Part shown: in pieces, positions 50,901 to 59,813 of the stretch
How positions within the stretch are numbered: the first letter of the stretch is position 1
Layout: every line of letters starts with the position of its first letter
From: a virus
Lineage: Duplodnaviria; Caudoviricetes
Direction: 5' to 3' (one strand)
DNA: 61,575 nucleotides
IMG/VR virus record: IMGVR_UViG_3300032081_000734
Span: 1 to 61,575 of that record
Notes under the pieces: generated by a model
Seen by the model: only the letters and a program-made list of their open reading frames with translations
Databases searched by the model: none
What the model was told of the DNA's origin: nothing
Program-made: the position numbers and the translations under genes

Positions 50901-53900
50901 GTTTTACATTTAATCTAACTTCATCATCTTCTTCAAGACCATGAGAAGATGCTGTCGCTACTCTTGCAGTTAATCTTTCTACTCTACCAGTTACCTGCTT
51001 ATAATCTGATGTGATTTGATATTCATAATCGTCTGTATCACAGGAAACGAAATTAATTTCTGCAGAATCTAAAGTGGTTTTAATACCAATGGTATTTGTA
51101 CCTTTATTGACAGCATATACTAGTTGTTCATTTCCAGATAAAGGAAGAGTAAATGTATACGCAGCACCAACTGTAGATACTGCAATAGCATTACCAGATG
51201 CTGGTTTTATAATCTTAATTGGTTGATTATCTGTAAATGTATGATTCTCAAGATAGATTGAATATGTTGGAACACTTCTAAAAGTTGTTGCACCACTAAC
51301 AACATAATCTGTATCAATTGCTATACCTACAGTAGTTCCAAATCCGACGGCTTCTGTAGGATTAAAATATACAACATCATTTGCTTTAGAATCTAAAGTT
51401 GGACCATTAAAATTAAATATTATTTGACTGGATTTTACTAATATAGAATCTCCAACAGTATGACCAAGCCCAGAGGTTCCTCTTACTGCTCTAATGATGT
51501 TATTAAATGGACCAGAAGTCTTGTAGATATTGAGAACTTTAAAAGTTTCATCATCAATTTGAAGTTCAGAGTTTGGTCTTAAGAACTCTGGGACATTCGA
51601 GACTGGTATATCTGTGGTTATACCACCAACAAATTCTGCTGCTATGTTATCAGTTAAACTAAAGTCGTCAACTGGAACTCCAATATTTACATCACCAGAC
51701 AAATTAGCAACATAAGTTGAGAGACCAGAAATTTTAACAATATCATTCGGTTCCAAATCATGATATGTTGAAATGAATCCAGCTACCTGATTTCCATTAA
51801 GAGTTTCAAATACAAATTTATCATATGTCAAAAATTCCTCTGTTATACTATTAACAAAGTCTCCAGTAACTTCTGAGACTTGAGCGGATGCTGATCCACC
51901 AGTTGTATCACTATTATCAAATACAACACTATCACCAATTTGATAATTTGTTCCTTTCTTTACAATAGAAATACTTTCTATTTGACCTGTTTTTCTAGAC
52001 CTTACAGTAACCCTTTGACTATCAAAATTATAAGGTTGAGTAAAGAAGTTATAATCAGCACCAACTTCTGCAACGTTGTACGGGAAAGTATTTCTAATTA
52101 ATTCATTTCCAACAAAATCAAAATCTTGATTTAGTGATACTGAAGATCCTGCAAGATTTTCTTCAATAACATTGGATCTATATGAATCACCCATGAAATA
52201 TGGGAAACTAGATGCGAGATCTCCAGTTAATGGATCTAGTTCTAACGTTGCAAAGTATGCATAAGTTCCGTTTGGAAACTCTGGTGTTTTGGTAAATCTA
52301 CCATTGTGCTTATCTAAGTCGCCAGAATCATTAAACAAATAATCTTCGACAAATAATCCAGATTCAAATCCACTTGGTCTATTGGTGACTTGATTAATAT
52401 CAATAACATAACCAGATTCAATTAGTTTAATAGCAGAAGTTTGATCACCTGAGTCTGTATAACCAAAACATCCATAAATTGGATTTCCGTCATATGCCCA
52501 TCCAATTAGTGGTGAGTGTTTGGTGTTATCAGTGTCTTGGAAATCTGACTGTAATTTTGGACTATAACCAACAACAGCATATTGTAAGCCGTTTTCACCT
52601 TTATCAATTATAGCTTCACCACCATAATCTTTAAATCTTGCTCTGCTGTTGAGAGTTAGACTTCTAATAGATGAACGTAGAACTGCTCCACTTCCTCTTG
52701 ATACTGGTTCAATTTTAGTGTCTGAGAAAACATAATTGTTACCACTCGCGATAACAACTACATCTGTAACCAGACCATTTGCATCAGTAACTGCTCTCGC
52801 TATACAACCACTTCCAGATTCACTAATTATATTAATATCAGGTGGAGAAAAATAGTTATTTCCTGGTTGTGTTACTAAAATATCAACAATCTTTTTATCA
52901 ACAATTACCGCTCTAAATTCTGCTCCAGATCCTATATCAATACTTACAGATGGCCTATTATGGAAGTTTAGAACTTTAGATCCATATGATGTTCCACCAT
53001 CATATAGAAGGGCATCTTTTATGTTGCCTGTTACAATAGGAGTAGCTGTTACAACACCTACAGTATTTGCAATGGATACTGAAATATCAACTGTGATTTC
53101 TGGATAATTGAATAAGTGAAGACCCGTTCCAATCCCAGTGATTTTTTCAGTCAATCCTCTATCAAAATTAGTATTACTAGTTCCTGCAACACCAGCGTCT
53201 GCAATTCTAAAGTTATGATCATCTATTTTGATAACATAATACTGATTTGATGTTGATAGATCTGGAATCTTATCACCAGTAGCGTTATATGTAATTAACT
53301 CACCTGTAGAATATCCATGATTTTTAAATGTGAATGAATTATTAGATGTTGAGATACCTGTTGTTTGAATAGCAACTTGTCTATTTTCATATCCAACCCC
53401 ACCATCTAGAACATTAACACCAGTTAATTGCTTGGTTGATTGTGCAGTTCTAAATTTATGTAAACCACCACTGTTACTACCAGTACTAAAACCAACAGTG
53501 TTTATACCACTATTAAAATCTGATTCATTTTCATATAATCTAAAAGATACTGGATCAATAACTTCGGTAAAGTACTTACCACCAGTTTCTAGGAAATTAC
53601 CAGTAACACTAGTCAATCCAAATCCAGTGACTCCTAAAGATCTGTTACCATTTGGATCATAGATAATTTCTTGACCATTTCCAAAATTATGATTATTGGT
53701 TGTTCTAATAAAATCACCATAAACGGAGACGCCACCACCATCAGAGGCATTCTTACCATTAAATATAACTTCTCTAAATTGATCAATTACAGTTGGTTCG
53801 ACTAAAGCCCCAGTTCCATTACCACCACTTATACTGATGCTTATGACTCGATCAATATCAAAGTCTTGTGGATCAATAAGAATATCTTTAAGGGTTCCTA

Positions 53901-56232
53901 CTACGGCAACATTTGCCAGAGCAGTATTTCCAGAATTATCCGAATCTGCAATGATACATTTTGGTGGATTGATTACATCATAACCAGATCCAAAATTGAA
54001 AACACTAATTTTTTCAACGGGTCCAAAAAATACTTTGTCGTCAATTTTATAATTTGTAAGTTCTACACCATTTTTAAGAATGCCAGAAGCTCCAGCAATT
54101 GTGCTGGTTTCACTACCAGTATCTAATGATCTTATCAATGAAAACTTCTTTAGAACCTTTTGTGGCGAAATCTTCTTATCAACTTGTTCTGATAATGAGA
54201 AGAAGTGAGATCCAGTATTTCCATCATCAGGAACATTTAGTTTTACATTGATACCAGTATCAATGAATGATCTGGCAACATAAAGTTTTATTTTATTGTT
54301 CGGTGATTGAACTTCAACAAAATAACTTCTACCAAACTCCAAACCTTTAATTGGTTCAGTTGCAGTTCCAGCAGAATAAACTACCTCATCACCAGTTATG
54401 AAAGGAACAGTATTTGAAAATGAAATATTATTATAATCACCAAGTGAATCTTGATCATCAAGAGTTCCAGAAGATACTGATGCCTCAGCAATTGAAACCT
54501 CAATTTGATTTAGATCAATGTTGTAATCAGGTAAAGAGTTTGATGCAACATAAAGAGTACTACGATTTTTTGTAATATATGTGTTCAACACATTTGATAC
54601 TAGAGTATTATTGCCATAACTCAGTTCAATACCAGTGCTAGATGCCTTTTTAATTTGTCTTCTAATATCATATGCTCTACCCTGCACCAAATCGGAAATA
54701 TTACCACCAGATAATACAACTTGCTTATCACCAGTGATTGTAGCTGTGGTTAACCCAACAACAACATCAAGAGTTTCACTATTGACAACTTCTACATTAT
54801 CACCGTCACTAAGGAATGCATCATCTAGACTTCTTTCTAGAACAAATACAGAACCATTAAAACTTTCAACTTTTATACTTGATGCAGTATTATATTTCCA
54901 AGAGTTGAATGAAATCTGTTCGTAAGTTTTATTAGATGGAGGATTTAGAATTTTTGAACCAACTGTTTTGGCTCTATAAACTTCACCTATGTTTGCGTTG
55001 TAGATATCTTCCTGTGGATCAAATTCTGATATTACGCCAGTTAACCTAAGTTCTACTTTTTCATTAGTATCGCTTGTATATCCATATGCAACGTCATTGG
55101 TTCTAATATTTGTAGCAGGTGCAATGTTTGCGGTAACACCAGAACAACCTAAGAATTGATTAATAGTTTTATCAGTGTATGTAATGACATCACTGCCATT
55201 TCTTAACACACCACTCTTAGGGAATCCAATGGTACTATCTACCAAAATTACATCACTTCCAATGAGAGTATCCCCAATGGTTTTTGAGCTTGGTGTTATA
55301 GAGAAGGTGCCATCAAAACCAGGAGATGGTTCTTGATATCTTAGGAATAGAGAAACCGTATAATATGTAACTCCACCTCTAATAGTTTCTTCTACTTCAG
55401 AGATGGGAGCTGAACAACCACCAATATCTGGATTATTGCTATTACTATCCTGGAATAGTGTTTGACCAGATAATTTGGATGGATCTCCACCATCAACCTT
55501 TTCAGTCAATAATACTAGTCTCTTTCTGAATGATGATTCAGACGGTTCAAGTAAAAACTCTGACTGCTTTTTAACTTTTGAGTTTTGGCCAAATAATATT
55601 GATATTAGAGTATTGATTGATTCAGCAGTACCCTTAGACTGATAGAATGACTTTAAATTCTTAACTAAGTTGTTTACATTTACATCTGAATCAAAAGACT
55701 CGTTCTCAAATCCAGGTGCATATAATACTTTTAAGTTTTTAAAATATTCTCGTAAAAATAGTGTACTAAGGTTAGTTACACCAATCCCTGTAGTGTGGTC
55801 TTTGGCGTTGGTATTGTTAAATGTAACCTCACCATCATTATATTCACTGATACCACTAAATCCACGAACACAACCCGTGAATGAATTGGTTGTGATTCCA
55901 CTGTAATAAATTATCTCATCATTAAGTTGAAAGATACCATCTTTATTTGGATATCCTTTTGTAGAGAATACATTGATAACTGTATCACTACTAGAGACAT
56001 CTGATGTCAGAGTAGTGATGCCAGAAACTACTTCTGGAGTTATATTATCAAATTTTAAATATTGATCCAAATTATCAATTAGATCTGCAGGAGAGCCCTG
56101 AGAATCTTGTGATTTATAATACTGTTTTAAAAAATCAACCGCCTTTGGTGTTTCTACTGAAACATAAGATGGTAATTGACTTTCAATAATTTGATTGACT
56201 TTTACTCTTGTATCAAATCCAGTTTCTATCAT
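41998..56232 (-). CDS. gp7: Giant baseplate wedge initiator (gp7-like), 4744 aa
   Basis: Between gp6 and gp8; QLP..V, FLKQYY, FYQSKGT, HSPLIGWAYDGNPIYG and DNDYYQ..AYSIKS motifs. Confidence 0.85.
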   Translation of the reverse strand: MIETGFDTRVKVNQIIESQLPSYVSVETPKAVDFLKQYYKSQDSQGSPADLIDNLDQYLKFDNITPEVVSGITTLTSDVSSSDTVINVFSTKGYPNKDGIFQLNDEIIYYSGITTNSFTGCVRGFSGISEYNDGEVTFNNTNAKDHTTGIGVTNLSTLFLREYFKNLKVLYAPGFENESFDSDVNVNNLVKNLKSFYQSKGTAESINTLISILFGQNSKVKKQSEFLLEPSESSFRKRLVLLTEKVDGGDPSKLSGQTLFQDSNSNNPDIGGCSAPISEVEETIRGGVTYYTVSLFLRYQEPSPGFDGTFSITPSSKTIGDTLIGSDVILVDSTIGFPKSGVLRNGSDVITYTDKTINQFLGCSGVTANIAPATNIRTNDVAYGYTSDTNEKVELRLTGVISEFDPQEDIYNANIGEVYRAKTVGSKILNPPSNKTYEQISFNSWKYNTASSIKVESFNGSVFVLERSLDDAFLSDGDNVEVVNSETLDVVVGLTTATITGDKQVVLSGGNISDLVQGRAYDIRRQIKKASSTGIELSYGNNTLVSNVLNTYITKNRSTLYVASNSLPDYNIDLNQIEVSIAEASVSSGTLDDQDSLGDYNNISFSNTVPFITGDEVVYSAGTATEPIKGLEFGRSYFVEVQSPNNKIKLYVARSFIDTGINVKLNVPDDGNTGSHFFSLSEQVDKKISPQKVLKKFSLIRSLDTGSETSTIAGASGILKNGVELTNYKIDDKVFFGPVEKISVFNFGSGYDVINPPKCIIADSDNSGNTALANVAVVGTLKDILIDPQDFDIDRVISISISGGNGTGALVEPTVIDQFREVIFNGKNASDGGGVSVYGDFIRTTNNHNFGNGQEIIYDPNGNRSLGVTGFGLTSVTGNFLETGGKYFTEVIDPVSFRLYENESDFNSGINTVGFSTGSNSGGLHKFRTAQSTKQLTGVNVLDGGVGYENRQVAIQTTGISTSNNSFTFKNHGYSTGELITYNATGDKIPDLSTSNQYYVIKIDDHNFRIADAGVAGTSNTNFDRGLTEKITGIGTGLHLFNYPEITVDISVSIANTVGVVTATPIVTGNIKDALLYDGGTSYGSKVLNFHNRPSVSIDIGSGAEFRAVIVDKKIVDILVTQPGNNYFSPPDINIISESGSGCIARAVTDANGLVTDVVVIASGNNYVFSDTKIEPVSRGSGAVLRSSIRSLTLNSRARFKDYGGEAIIDKGENGLQYAVVGYSPKLQSDFQDTDNTKHSPLIGWAYDGNPIYGCFGYTDSGDQTSAIKLIESGYVIDINQVTNRPSGFESGLFVEDYLFNDSGDLDKHNGRFTKTPEFPNGTYAYFATLELDPLTGDLASSFPYFMGDSYRSNVIEENLAGSSVSLNQDFDFVGNELIRNTFPYNVAEVGADYNFFTQPYNFDSQRVTVRSRKTGQIESISIVKKGTNYQIGDSVVFDNSDTTGGSASAQVSEVTGDFVNSITEEFLTYDKFVFETLNGNQVAGFISTYHDLEPNDIVKISGLSTYVANLSGDVNIGVPVDDFSLTDNIAAEFVGGITTDIPVSNVPEFLRPNSELQIDDETFKVLNIYKTSGPFNNIIRAVRGTSGLGHTVGDSILVKSSQIIFNFNGPTLDSKANDVVYFNPTEAVGFGTTVGIAIDTDYVVSGATTFRSVPTYSIYLENHTFTDNQPIKIIKPASGNAIAVSTVGAAYTFTLPLSGNEQLVYAVNKGTNTIGIKTTLDSAEINFVSCDTDDYEYQITSDYKQVTGRVERLTARVATASSHGLEEDDEVRLNVKPNLTVGIGTSTAVRVLFNEFTQNTIIDPIGFSSASVGLSSSRFNIESHGLVTGDLVFYDANETTGIDTGKYFVFSDDPDAFSIAETKTDLEGETIRLVEFTKVGGTSHTISKVNPEIKVTRNNNIKFDVSDSSLSGYNFRIFYDSDYRNELVGTGSSEAFELTGIGTVGLGTASFTIKFNEYLPEQLYYNLEKISNNTLVESDISVDNFSRILYVDSEYSTKTTVVGLGTTGTTFLVSLSEKPERGSYSSSEVDKLEYSTKSTTAFGGISKLNILNKGTNYDKLPGISTITTTLGVNAEIAPKSTNIGLLDRTEVEKPGFDFAVDKTLKPVADIPARHELTNYFTTNSIIPVYGGKNFITAPNLVLVNSVSLEQVDDVSIIAELDSGSISSVEIINPGSGLQGVGHSVFSLINDNGLSITKIDSVQTGIMTLTVVTPILGFSTSPLQAGDEVFVDGIQEYTGEGDGFNSKNYGFRFFEVTNFNSGVNPAEVTIDLTGIGTGSPGIGVTNVNFGSIVKKESYPTFSVDIASKDFIDNEPLLLENDLGETTKTVLKVDSSNEAFLKTRGDLKLVVGNKLLGSISGARGTVVDTKTFDGFYDVGCGSTINFGWLTNKGFLNDDTQVMSDNDYYQKLAYSIKSPVKFNDLIGPVNRLAHISGTKNFADTEINSVAVASTNFISDGTQSIVIDLFSESDVTTNNFFDFAVDTDVEQNVTNISQLATNSIKFGTKKLTNFIECLTNRVLSIDDISESFIDRENLVGDFVDIIKFPSGTGYSRFTVVVTDVVDLTSFQIYDLVVITDGNNNTFLLEKSNIKSNPQLQVDLVEEQESLGEFTTEFSQLDGTIALRYSPSNSEKTYDIKAFRQLFDSRTTGIGTNIIGDTRLIGVTTVIGAGSTDQIVGFDTSDFNSMFAYVEVIDNTTSERQYAEITVLHDGVNAYLGQYGFDSSERLLSFSPIGTFGADIVNDVLKLEFHNDGSNTATIKANVVGFTTTNVGLRTEHFKLPAQQNGTERTARIESNVIQETANAGYGITVVGITSIIDRFSKSIIRVSSGNTESLSQVLFAQEFAQKDTYVLEYPQLGINTPIGLGSFSAQYNGVFCELIFLPDAKYIGDEIRIEEFSEIVYSDLDTNINQIEEFGFGTAIELVIQAKYTPQDRTSFTLEYEGYPIFARRFNPSNSSVFDQTTGNIFLESHFMNNGQDIKYAPGSSIIGINSESITIGSTTAGGESLIGDIRSGSNVVSSASNSSGISIGEEFFGPGVGSGATIVSIGSTFRFFLGDSDGTKVITGVANTSVIAIGDTIRELVTETGFGTVTAIGEGSLTVANNVPVGIGSTYYSERLGIGITMSVVATATTSRQSYFSGVTTNILPENLFVIRIDNNNIKLATKRDFALKGLGISPTGIGEGNSHLIDTTKKLEKSLIVLDGVVQDPISRTLVTHETIEPVAVGRTFLALSGISTLVPDYILKIGDEMMNILNVGVGTTGLGPITGIGTFQLVNVARGFVGTTEVAHESNQTAIVHRGAYNIVESDIHFVDTPKGSGGDFVTDDRGLSFTRSEFNGRVYLRSDYTTNELYDDISTEFTGIGRTFALGVNGGDYPVGLDTSSGSGLLFLNGVHQGQSTDNNPLNVYSIVSNVDDVEVVFSGTKLITGDDYISELDAIKNKLPVGGVIVSVASSGGIGVAPLVGAKVIAEVGAGGTITNIVGLDTVGTYTTITDFIYDGTSGIGTVTTAGPHGFTNNDFLDMRNIQFDCTSGYDSLVGVSTVDYDNVSGIMTVTTSGNHNLNKDMRVQFDGLQMICPAGSYNKRVGVTTFEYNNVVGIMTITTNLVHGLNPGMQVKLERFEFACASEHAGVTTTFFPDGTNGRVFNVVTKRNSTTQFETQVGVSTIPHIPTGTSEAAVEIGVTTDRFPSDIGTQWGISGFDYTESIGVGTITTKGTHGIGIGSFVRLANLEFSCDSEHSGVTTTIFPDTVIDEFEVTATSATTLTVNVGPSTIAHTYVDHSGHLNRVTYADSYLVNSIVGPTTFVTNVNPVGFAHTYVGGGNVDTGFTTTRFPDNRGIPFAIENFEYDKTTGFSTITTKKNHSGLAIGDIINLSGIAMTCLAYGNEIAIYDFDYTASTGVSTILTADNHGLSDGDLVMLRDIEFSCAAPHAGVTTTIFPDGTQGFYFNVNAGSSGTSIVTNVGISTIAHDYVSGTGKVRIGITTSIFPDGTQGSEFQIFGLPASNKIITNVGVSTIDHIYDDHGVVFGVKSVGPYEIETIISPTQFIVDVFKVGFAHTFVPNRRKGGIDAEVAVYNYLTFGSGYFNTVDVVVEEEGHSGAAATVVATVNDGGVLSFNIEGEGSGYTNPTIQIETPSYSDLPIQGVSRPGIGATVETGLGVKVDCIVGSAATTGIGTDLFGIVNYELSSPGFSFKRGDVFTPVGLVTAAGVGTEYSQLTFEVLEILSDTFSAWNFGEIDYIDSIRSLQDGTRTRFPLNLNGIPLSFQTDPTNQRSAEIDLDSVLLIFVNGVVQVPKKDYFFEGGTSFNFNFTSPPGPSDVISIYFYRGTRGVDSFIVTVFETVKPGDQVQLRKFDGTETTTQNERTIFSIKDSTDIETNVYRGQGIDANIFRPISFTRQKKDIIISEQNQPKIRETLEAQIMPTSKVIRDFSVTDSEIFLESADLFRYEQDEGNTGLVVADGLIVKYNDPVAAAVTASVSVGGTITSLTIASAGSGYADGPVEVSIANPSKVDNSKYGIIGVGTTAIATGSASGGILTSVTLTNEGLGYDPTNPPKAIVEFPASETESISNSDIILGYAGIITGIGTTTGTGGHPLALKLQVDLNDSGPVSLLPTLLEGYPIFVKGTVTGSGVTSVNVDDSDIVGIGTNLLDNIYTVNAFNIEGNTGIITCNIKSDTNVIAIAQTFGANIGEFSWGKLSGFTRGDTPISISVSGNTVDVGLTTFSSISRRGLGLRNTGSLSKIIFL
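44010..45780 (-). repeat. Six-copy nested domain repeat inside the gp7-like gene
   Basis: Six Y...G..T.TT...HG...C half-repeats and six TT.FP / V....H.Y half-repeats; DNA similarity such as gttccatctgggaa near 44264, 44411 and 45316. Confidence 0.85.
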
Positions 56233-56233
56233 C

Positions 56234-58219
56234 TTACCTTGTTAATTTGCCGTTTGAGTAACTTGAAGTAACTGGGAATCCGATTCCCGAAACTTGCTCA
56301 CCAGAAGTGATTGTGTCCTTAACCATATTTATCGTGCTTTTATCTATTGACAATTCAACAAACAAATTTTCCAATCCAATGACATCATTACTTTCTGGAA
56401 ATGCTTGTACTTCAATAGTTCCGTTTGAAAGAACGGTATTAACGATATTAACTGTAAAGATATTAATCTCTCCAGTCTTATAATTAACACTTCCAGCATT
56501 CTGTACTTTTACAGATGAAACGCCATTTTCATCAATAGAAATAAATGAAATAACGCCCGTTTCGGCTCTAACTGATGACCCTGGTCTTCTATTAAAAACC
56601 TCAGTAGCTGCTAAAGAACTAGTTACATTTACATTATTACTAATAATACCTGGTGTATCTGTCATATAAAGAATATCAGGAACACCAGCAACACTAAATC
56701 CTGTTGACTTAATATTCGCCCCAGCTGGATTTACATGAAACTGATTACCAAAGCACAACTCATATTGAGCTGGATTATTGATAGAAGATTTCATGTTTCT
56801 TCTAATTTTCACTTTTGTAATATTAGAAGTAATAGAAGTGTCTGTAGAATCAATTACGTTTAGTAGTTTACTATATTTGAATCGGCCACCAAAATTATTA
56901 AGATCTTCTGATCTTGAAAATTCTGATAATGTAGATGTAACAGAACTCTTCAAGTTCTCTAAACTCGAAACTTTACTTCCATTATAATAAACAAAAATAT
57001 CCAATTCTACATTTAAAATTTCAAGATCTACAATACTTTGTTTAATCCCAGCAACTGCATAATCTTTAAGTCTACCTAAGATCAATCCTTTATTGAAATC
57101 AGATACAAAGTAATCATTCTTTGGTTTGATTGAAATTTCAACCTCTCCAAATCTTGGAGGTGTCATTTCTTCACCACCAACTACAGAAACGGATTCTGCA
57201 TCAGGAAACACTTGCTTTACAATTGCTTCGTAATCACTAGCCGTAACCGCCCTGTACTGCGATGAGTACGTTTTAGGAGCAAAGTATTTAATAGACTGTA
57301 TTGATTCAATCTCAGTCCCTCCTTGCGCCTTCTGGTTAGTCGTTACTACTATACTAGTAGTAGGAGAAATTCTTTCATCTGAAGATCCTCTTAGAACACC
57401 AGAGAAACTGAAATTTACAACTCCATTTCCTTCGATACCATTAGTTACAATGTAAGATGCAACAATTTGACTTCCAGTTTCTGGTTTCTTACCGATGACA
57501 CCATCACCAAATAATAATTCATATTTTTCATCTCTTACTTCTTGCAAGAAGTAAATTTCTGATGAAGAAGTAATTTTGAAAACAGTATCAGATCTTACGA
57601 ATTTATTATCAATACCTTGATCTAATGGGCCTTTAATTCCTACTCTAAGTGTGCTGGTATCAATAGAAGCATTGTCAAGAATAAATCTTTGATCTAAAGA
57701 TTGATCGACATTAAATTTCTTAACTGCATATGATCCTTCATATACATCAATATCAGAGAAGAGTGCAGTCCTAGCACCAATCTGATTATCTAATGCATTA
57801 TCTAATGGTGCTGTTGCGGTAATATCTTCTGGAATAGAAAATACGAAACTAGTGTTTTTGGTGTTTCCTACACAAACTAGTCCCGCTTTTAATGTAACAG
57901 TTTGACTGGAACCAGAAAATTTTACGGAAAATGATATTTTTGACTTAGCTGCAGTGCGTGAACGCGGAGTATAACCAATATTACGCGCCAAAGAAACAAC
58001 ATTCTCTCTTAATGCTGCGGATTCAATGAAAGATTCGTTGACAATCATGTTCGCATTAAACGAACTGATGTAAGTATTGTAGGCAAGAGTGTCAATTAAT
58101 ACGGAAAAGTTTGATCCTTCAAAATCAAAGTCAGAAAAATCCGAATTTGCTCTTAGATAATCTTTAATTTGATCCCTTATTTGATCAAAATCTAAATTAG
58201 CGTACTTTGTAAATGGCAT
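56234..58219 (-). CDS. gp6: Baseplate wedge subunit
   Basis: LDFDQI, DFDFEGS, LAYNT, FGDGVIGK, RAVTASDY. Confidence 0.95.
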   Translation of the reverse strand: MPFTKYANLDFDQIRDQIKDYLRANSDFSDFDFEGSNFSVLIDTLAYNTYISSFNANMIVNESFIESAALRENVVSLARNIGYTPRSRTAAKSKISFSVKFSGSSQTVTLKAGLVCVGNTKNTSFVFSIPEDITATAPLDNALDNQIGARTALFSDIDVYEGSYAVKKFNVDQSLDQRFILDNASIDTSTLRVGIKGPLDQGIDNKFVRSDTVFKITSSSEIYFLQEVRDEKYELLFGDGVIGKKPETGSQIVASYIVTNGIEGNGVVNFSFSGVLRGSSDERISPTTSIVVTTNQKAQGGTEIESIQSIKYFAPKTYSSQYRAVTASDYEAIVKQVFPDAESVSVVGGEEMTPPRFGEVEISIKPKNDYFVSDFNKGLILGRLKDYAVAGIKQSIVDLEILNVELDIFVYYNGSKVSSLENLKSSVTSTLSEFSRSEDLNNFGGRFKYSKLLNVIDSTDTSITSNITKVKIRRNMKSSINNPAQYELCFGNQFHVNPAGANIKSTGFSVAGVPDILYMTDTPGIISNNVNVTSSLAATEVFNRRPGSSVRAETGVISFISIDENGVSSVKVQNAGSVNYKTGEINIFTVNIVNTVLSNGTIEVQAFPESNDVIGLENLFVELSIDKSTINMVKDTITSGEQVSGIGFPVTSSYSNGKLTR

Positions 58220-58220
58220 T

Positions 58221-58622
58221 TTATCTGGTTGCCTCTAATACGAAGGAAAATTCTTGTGTTGGGGTATTCATTCCAACGATATCATATGCTATAACGCACT
58301 CAAATTCATTTCTATCAGGCGCAGGCCTCACGTTTACAATGATATTGTCAACTCTAGGTTCATACTGTTCAATAACTAACTTGATTTCTTCTTGAATTTG
58401 AGAAGAACTTCCGAAGTCAACAAACTCAAACAACAAATCACGAACGGGTGAACCTATATCAGAGTCAAAAAACCTTTCAGTAAACTGTGTCTCTACTAAA
58501 TTGCGAACAGCTCTCTGAATCGCTCTCTCATTTTTTAATATAGGCAGATCTTTTGTGACAGGATGAGCCTCAAAAGACAAGGAAATGTCCTTAAATGCCC
58601 TTGAAACTCGCTGTGTTGCCAT
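58221..58622 (-). CDS. gp25: Baseplate wedge subunit (gp25/GPW-like)
   Basis: FKDISLSF..HPVT.D, ERFF, YEPRV. Confidence 0.93.
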   Translation of the reverse strand: MATQRVSRAFKDISLSFEAHPVTKDLPILKNERAIQRAVRNLVETQFTERFFDSDIGSPVRDLLFEFVDFGSSSQIQEEIKLVIEQYEPRVDNIIVNVRPAPDRNEFECVIAYDIVGMNTPTQEFSFVLEATR

Positions 58623-58638
58623 TAATAGACCATGAACT

Positions 58639-59325
58639 TTATGTATTTATACCCTCATTAGGATATTCTGATAAATTTTCACGTTCTTGTGATGTCTTCC
58701 AGAAATATTCGTCTTCACGACCCATTCCAAGTCTTTCAAATCCATTTTCAACTTGATACCATTGAGTTGAAACCTTAAAATCAGGCATTTTTGGCTCAAC
58801 AGGTGTCAAACTATTGTCAAAAATACGCAATCTATTGTTTGGATATAATGCATACTGTCCATTTTCAAGTTCAATCAAGTTATGAGACTTATGTTCGGCA
58901 GGATTTTCACTTGTTGCCCAATCAACATAGTCTGGATCATGATGATAGTTATCAATGGTACAAATATAGGTGCCTTTTACATTACCATGATCCCTTGTAT
59001 AGCATTCAAAGTCCATTGAGCCAATAAATTTCTTATCTACTGAGACAACCCCATAATCCATACAGTTCCAAAACTGAAGGTTAGGTAGATTCATATCAGG
59101 TGTGGGAGTCTCAGGGTCTGCTACAAAGGCACTGATGGGCAATTTATCGTACATTGCCGCATATTCTGGTAGATAGGTCTCAAAATAAAAAGCACGCCCA
59201 GGAATCGATTTAACCGATACCCAGACGCCCTTTACAAATTCACCATGACCACTTTGATGATCGGTGAGATATTCTTTACGAACCCACACTTCTTTTGATG
59301 GAAGATTAGCAATCAAACATGCCAT
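58639..59325 (-). CDS. Conserved hypothetical protein
   Basis: 228 aa; VRKEYL, YDKLPISAF, EHKS, YPNNR motifs. Confidence 0.8.
   Translation of the reverse strand: MACLIANLPSKEVWVRKEYLTDHQSGHGEFVKGVWVSVKSIPGRAFYFETYLPEYAAMYDKLPISAFVADPETPTPDMNLPNLQFWNCMDYGVVSVDKKFIGSMDFECYTRDHGNVKGTYICTIDNYHHDPDYVDWATSENPAEHKSHNLIELENGQYALYPNNRLRIFDNSLTPVEPKMPDFKVSTQWYQVENGFERLGMGREDEYFWKTSQERENLSEYPNEGINT
58644..58651 (-). promoter_or_regulatory. T4-type late promoter TATAAATA
   Basis: Exact match about 22 nt upstream of gp25. Confidence 0.8.
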
Positions 59326-59350
59326 AATGACTTAATGCATCTTCACCTAT

Positions 59351-59458
59351 TTAACCTTTTTTCTTCTTTCTTGGTTTTTTGGGTGCGGCGCTTGCTTTGA
59401 AACGCTTATCGGGGCGAGACTTCCCGCCCTTATGCACCCACCTAGACGCTTTGGTCAT
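59351..59458 (-). CDS. Highly basic 35-aa peptide
   Basis: Hand-translated MTKASRWVHKGGKSRPDKRFKASAAPKKPRKKKKG; ATGA coupling. Confidence 0.5.
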   Translation of the reverse strand: MTKASRWVHKGGKSRPDKRFKASAAPKKPRKKKKG

Positions 59459-59607
59459 CCTCGACCTTGACCCCTATACATCTTACGAGCCGAGTTACGG
59501 GACGACGCCGCGTATTTTGTGTTCTTACCAGAACCCTGACGAGTTCTTTTGGGTTTACCAGGCATCCAGCCATCTTTGCTGATACCGACTTTTGAACGTA
59601 CTGCCAT
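59455..59607 (-). CDS. Highly basic 50-aa protein
   Basis: Hand-translated MAVRSKVG...PKRTRQGSG...KMYRGQGRG; GAGGAG RBS. Confidence 0.7.
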   Translation of the reverse strand: MAVRSKVGISKDGWMPGKPKRTRQGSGKNTKYAASSRNSARKMYRGQGRG

Positions 59608-59614
59608 AATTAAT

Positions 59615-59803
59615 TCACTCCTCTAGTAATTGCTTCATTTCGTGACGGAAGTTTGCAGGATTCAATGCAGGATCCTGTGTCATATAATATTCATGGGCAT
59701 AGAATTCCATCTGATCCATGAATTCAGTCTCGGTAAGTTCTTCATGTAGAAGCTCCGAGCCACGGTAGACATTGTAATAATAAGTCTTGTTCTTTCTAGC
59801 CAT
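59615..59803 (-). CDS. Hypothetical protein
   Basis: 62 aa with AGGAGG RBS. Confidence 0.7.
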   Translation of the reverse strand: MARKNKTYYYNVYRGSELLHEELTETEFMDQMEFYAHEYYMTQDPALNPANFRHEMKQLLEE

Positions 59804-59813
59804 TGCGACCTCC

